From IMG/VR virus record IMGVR_UViG_2882707223_000001: a stretch of DNA of 29,511 nt; one strand, written 5' to 3'. The stretch is from an uncultured virus (IMG/VR IMGVR_UViG_2882707223_000001). Its lineage: Duplodnaviria > Heunggongvirae > Uroviricota > Caudoviricetes. The translations under genes were made by a program, and so were the position numbers. Positions 25,695-29,511 of the stretch are shown here, piece after piece. Numbering within the stretch: the first letter of the stretch is position 1; every line of letters starts with the position of its first letter. The notes under the pieces are model-generated. The model worked only from the letters and a program-made list of their open reading frames with translations. It was not told where the DNA came from and made no database searches.

Positions 25695-26495
25695 ATGGCA
25701 CAGATAAAATTATTGCTGGAAAAACAGCTTTTGACAATTCAGAATCAGGATATCATTGCTTCAGGTGACAGCAACTTTGATTCTTGTAAATTTATATTTG
25801 ATAAAACATGGGAAGGATTCACGAAAACAGGTGTATTTTATCAGGACAAAGCCAACGTACAGTATGCAGTGCTGGGAAATAATGATACCTGTATGATTCC
25901 TGCGGCGGCCATGGCGAGAGCCGGACGGATGTATATCGGAGTATTTGGCATGAAAGATACTGCGGTAGTTACATCAACGCTGTGCATCATTGATATAAAA
26001 GAAGGTGCTATTTCCGGCGAAAATGTGTCCATGGAGCCGACAGACGATATCTTTTTAGCGATTATTGCACAGTATCAGAGAATCGCAGATCTGATGAGCA
26101 GATACGAGGAGACAGCGGAGCAGTTTAATATCACGATGGCGGAGCAAAACAGCATTCTGGAGACGTTAAATGCTTTTGATGTGACAGAGATCAGTCAGAG
26201 ACTCGATCTGATTGAGGATCGGATGATAAATTATACCAACCTGGCTAAAGAGATACAGAATCGTGAGATTATTATTCGGGACGTCCCGATTAAGTTTGTA
26301 AATAAAGTCTGCAGGATAGCGAGTGATGTTATTACAGAGAATTCACTTTGTGATATCTATTTCGATGAATATTCTTTTGAGATTGCATCGAAAGCGCTTA
26401 TCATACCGGTATCGCATGTTGGGTACATAGAATTGACGAGTTCTATTGATATTCTGGATGAATTGAATGCAAATATACTTGTCAGGAGGAATTGA
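25695..26495 (+). CDS. BppU-like baseplate/fibre adaptor protein
   Basis: CKFIFDKTWEGFTKTGVF...CMIP...IGVFG, EPTDDIFLAII followed by coiled coil; start reassigned from 25593. Confidence 0.6.
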   Translation: MAQIKLLLEKQLLTIQNQDIIASGDSNFDSCKFIFDKTWEGFTKTGVFYQDKANVQYAVLGNNDTCMIPAAAMARAGRMYIGVFGMKDTAVVTSTLCIIDIKEGAISGENVSMEPTDDIFLAIIAQYQRIADLMSRYEETAEQFNITMAEQNSILETLNAFDVTEISQRLDLIEDRMINYTNLAKEIQNREIIIRDVPIKFVNKVCRIASDVITENSLCDIYFDEYSFEIASKALIIPVSHVGYIELTSSIDILDELNANILVRRN

Positions 26496-26497
26496 TT

Positions 26498-27691
26498 ATG
26501 CTGGGAAAAACGAATATAACAACATTATCAGAAGGCGCCATTGTAACTGAAATTGAAGATTATAACTGGATACAGGTACAATCAGGTGTTTTTGCTGATT
26601 TTGTAGCGGCAATTTTTAAAAATGGATATCTGGTGGCCATTACTGCGGATGGTACTGTTGTTTATACAACGGATGGAGAAGCATGGCAGACACATATGCT
26701 GGAATATGAAAATTGCAGGCTGAATGATATTGACTGGGATGGGAATGATTTTGTATTGGCGGGTGGGTATATTAATAATGGAAAAAAAACCGGGTTAATA
26801 CTTAGAACAGCAAACTTTGAGGAGTATGTAGAGTTAAATACAGAAAATAGCAGCGATTCAGAGACCAACTATGATACTGAATATCATGCAATATATCCGT
26901 CTAATGGAAAGTACCTTGTTATAGCGGAAAGAATAGAGAAAACTTACAGGTATGTATATGCATATGCCGGAGATTTAGTAAATGCATGGGACAGAATGAA
27001 TAGATTACACGCTAAAAATGAAACAAATGGAGTGGCTTATTATGTAGAAAGTGTAACAGTCGCAAAAAATTCCAGCGAAATGTTGCTGCATATCAATTAT
27101 TATGCACAGACAAATACAACTACTACCTGGTATAATGAAATACAAAAAATAGACAATAAAGGAACATTTACTCATTTGCATAATATAAAATCGGGTAATA
27201 TACCTGTTATGAATGTCTATGAGTGTAAGGATGCCCTGTTTTACAGTTCTATGATGTCAACGGACGATTATAAAATAGTAAAAGTTTTGCCTTCCAATGA
27301 AACGAACATATTAAGTACCGGGCAGAATTTTTTCTTTAAAGATGGGGTATATTTTAACGAATGTCAGCTCTTCATTAATAGTCATGAAATGCTGATTGTC
27401 AAAAAGAGGGAGAGTATTTCAGACAAAACGTTAGATGATTTGATTGAGATCGCCCCGGAACTTACCATGAACTGTATCACAAAAGCATTCGGGCAGTTGT
27501 ACATATTCGGTAACCAGGGCGTAATACTCAAATCCAGCGTTGAAACAAATAATGAAGAGGCGATAATTGTTCAGACAATATCTGCAAAAAAGGCGCTTCA
27601 GGATGCAAAGAAATATACAGATGAGCAATATGCGGCTTTAGAGGCAAGGATTGTGGCTCTTGAAAAAGGAGGTTCCGGGAATAATGGATAA
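26498..27691 (+). CDS. Beta-propeller-like tail-associated protein
   Basis: YTTDGEAW and GNQGVILKS blade-like motifs; C-terminal AKKYTDEQYAALEARIVALE coiled coil; AGGAGG RBS. Confidence 0.55.
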   Translation: MLGKTNITTLSEGAIVTEIEDYNWIQVQSGVFADFVAAIFKNGYLVAITADGTVVYTTDGEAWQTHMLEYENCRLNDIDWDGNDFVLAGGYINNGKKTGLILRTANFEEYVELNTENSSDSETNYDTEYHAIYPSNGKYLVIAERIEKTYRYVYAYAGDLVNAWDRMNRLHAKNETNGVAYYVESVTVAKNSSEMLLHINYYAQTNTTTTWYNEIQKIDNKGTFTHLHNIKSGNIPVMNVYECKDALFYSSMMSTDDYKIVKVLPSNETNILSTGQNFFFKDGVYFNECQLFINSHEMLIVKKRESISDKTLDDLIEIAPELTMNCITKAFGQLYIFGNQGVILKSSVETNNEEAIIVQTISAKKALQDAKKYTDEQYAALEARIVALEKGGSGNNG

Positions 27692-27775
27692 TGAGAGGAC
27701 GAGAGCGATAAGGGATCCGCCTGACTGAACATTATATAAGCATGCAAAAAATATCTAAAGAAAGGAAGAGGTAGA

Positions 27776-28261
27776 ATGAAAACCGAAAACTTTGTAAAAG
27801 GGACTGTGACGGCAGTCTCTTCTTTTTTTACGTCAATTCTGGGCGTATTGGCGGTTCCGATAGGGCTGATGGTGCTCAGCAACCTGATTGATTATGGAAC
27901 GGGTCTGATGGCGTGCAAGTTCAGGAACGAAAATATCAGTTCCTATAAATCGATCAGAGGAATCATGAAGAAAGTCTGCATGTGGCTGCTGGTGGCGGTC
28001 GGGGCGATCATCGATGTACTGTTAAAATATGCATCCGAAACGATAGGCATAGCGCTTCCGTTTACATTCCTGGTGGCGTGTATCGTTGCCATATGGATCA
28101 TCTGTAATGAGATTATCAGCATCCTGGAGAATATAAAAGATATGGAAGTGGAATTGCCGGTATTTTTAGAAAAGCTTACCCAGAATATAAAATCACAGGT
28201 AGAGGAGTTGGGAGAGCAGAGACAGGGAAATATTGACACCAAGAACAGAGAGGGTGAATAA
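27776..28261 (+). CDS. Phage holin (holin_4_1-like)
   Basis: LIDYGTGL...ISSYKSIRGIMKK...NEIISILEN. Confidence 0.9.
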   Translation: MKTENFVKGTVTAVSSFFTSILGVLAVPIGLMVLSNLIDYGTGLMACKFRNENISSYKSIRGIMKKVCMWLLVAVGAIIDVLLKYASETIGIALPFTFLVACIVAIWIICNEIISILENIKDMEVELPVFLEKLTQNIKSQVEELGEQRQGNIDTKNREGE

Positions 28262-28306
28262 TTGCCCTCTTTTTATACCTGAGCAGAGGAGGCAGAAAGA
28301 AAAATT

Positions 28307-29020
28307 ATGATTATAAATATACATGCCGGGCATAATCCGGCGGGGAAGGTAGCATGCGGCGCTGTAGGGCTGATCAATGAGTCAACAGAAAACAGGCGGG
28401 TAAAAGATGAGGTGATATCCCAGCTCCGGGAACTCGGTCATATAGTCTATGACTGCACCGTGGATAACGGGAGCGGCCAGAGTGATGTGTTGAATAAAAT
28501 AGTGGCAAAATGTAACGCCCATGCGGTGGATCTGGATGTGAGCATTCATTTCAACAGTGGCGCTGCTGACAAAAAAGGAAACGGGAAGACAACAGGCGTG
28601 GAGGTTTTGGTATACTCGGCGAACAGTGAATCCAAGGGCACAGCGGAAAAAGTGTGTACTGCCGTGGCAGAGCTGGGATTTAAAAATCGCGGTGTAAAAT
28701 ACAGGCCGAATCTTCGTGTGCTGAAAAGCACAAAAGCACCGGCAATGCTGGTAGAATGCTGCTTTGTGGATGACAGGGATGATGTGGAAAAATATGATTA
28801 TTTTTCGATGGCTACTGCTATCGTGAGGGGGATCACCGGCCAGGCCGTTCAGAATGTTCCGGAAACCGCGCCGGCAGGATCCTGTGAAGAGACTGTCGTG
28901 GGACCTTCCGGAGCGCTGTACAGGGTACAGGTAGGCGCATACAGCAGGAGGGAAAATGCAGATGCAATGGCGGAAAAGCTGCGCAGAGATGGGTTTGATG
29001 CCTTCATCGTTATGGCATAA
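28307..29020 (+). CDS. N-acetylmuramoyl-L-alanine amidase (Amidase_3 + SPOR) endolysin
   Basis: HAGH, SIHFN, GVEV, AMLVECCFVD; YRVQVGAYS SPOR domain. Confidence 0.92.
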   Translation: MIINIHAGHNPAGKVACGAVGLINESTENRRVKDEVISQLRELGHIVYDCTVDNGSGQSDVLNKIVAKCNAHAVDLDVSIHFNSGAADKKGNGKTTGVEVLVYSANSESKGTAEKVCTAVAELGFKNRGVKYRPNLRVLKSTKAPAMLVECCFVDDRDDVEKYDYFSMATAIVRGITGQAVQNVPETAPAGSCEETVVGPSGALYRVQVGAYSRRENADAMAEKLRRDGFDAFIVMA

Positions 29021-29058
29021 GACTAAGTAATGTCTTAGCAATTATTCCATTTATCATT

Positions 29059-29511
29059 CTTATCGGTACGCCGATCATTGCTGCGGAGTCTGGCTATGTG
29101 GAAGCCCTGGGGTGGAATCAGTATGGCGGCTGGCGTATCGGCATCCGGAGTTTTGACAAAAAACGTTACTACTATTATGCGCATCTGCGGCAGAACTATC
29201 CCTATGCGGAAAACCTGAAAGAGGGGGATATCGTTTCGGCCGGGGATGTGATCGGCTACATGGGACATACGGGCTACAGCGCAAAGGAAAATGTGAATAA
29301 TATTGAGACGGTACATCTGCATTTCGGACTGGAACTTGTATTTGACGAATCCCAGAAGGAGAGCAATAACGAGATATGGATCAACTGTTATGAGCTCACA
29401 AAGTTTTTGGCAAAAAATCGCAGCGAGGTGTACAAAGTTGAGGGGACGAAAGAGTGGAAAAGGGTGACGGACATTAAACTGCCGGAGGTAGAAAACGCTA
29501 ACCAAAGTTAA
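29059..29511 (+). pseudogene. 3' half of a LytH-like M23 metallopeptidase gene, truncated at the prophage edge
   Basis: LIGTPIIAAESGYVEALGWNQYGGWRIGIR...YYYAHL...GDVIGYMGHTG...HLHFG; the HxxxD motif and a start/RBS are missing upstream. Confidence 0.8.

Larger units (their letters stand above)
13696..29058 (+). mobile_element. Defective, head-less siphovirus-type prophage C (right part)
   Basis: Order: early genes, late activator, truncated terminase, tail cluster, holin, amidase; no large terminase, portal or capsid gene. Confidence 0.85.

Noticed and set aside
27684..27728. 14-codon ORF MDNERTRAIRDPPD after the last tail gene
   Set aside because: May be a deletion scar but is too short to support any call
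29098..29511. Stand-alone 137-aa gene starting at GTG 29098
   Set aside because: No RBS, M23 similarity extends upstream to ~29059, and the HxxxD motif is missing

Overview
Firmicutes (Lachnospiraceae/Clostridia-like) DNA made almost entirely of three apparently nested mobile elements. (A) 1-4300 is the right end of a prophage: lysis genes, a small accessory block with a likely type I toxin-antitoxin locus and an Arc/RHH regulator, and an intact IS30-family DDE transposase with a single IS30-type terminal repeat exactly at the element edge. This suggests a phage that integrates using an IS30 transposase. (B) ~4301-13695 is a very AT-rich element ending in a large serine recombinase. It carries secreted and cell-wall-anchored repeat proteins, a VirB2/TrbC-like pilin candidate, a J-domain protein, a transglutaminase-like protein, two candidate sRNAs and a dif-like site, and it appears to interrupt a gene of element C. 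(C) ~13696-29058 is a siphovirus-type prophage remnant whose packaging and head module has been removed by one deletion (terminase small subunit joined to an HK97-gp10 fragment). The late activator, hicAB, a complete tail/baseplate cluster, holin and amidase remain open. Its right edge abuts the 3' half of a LytH-like M23 peptidase gene, so it may be a skin-like gene-interrupting element and/or a tailocin locus. All family assignments are motif recognition by eye; no searches were run.
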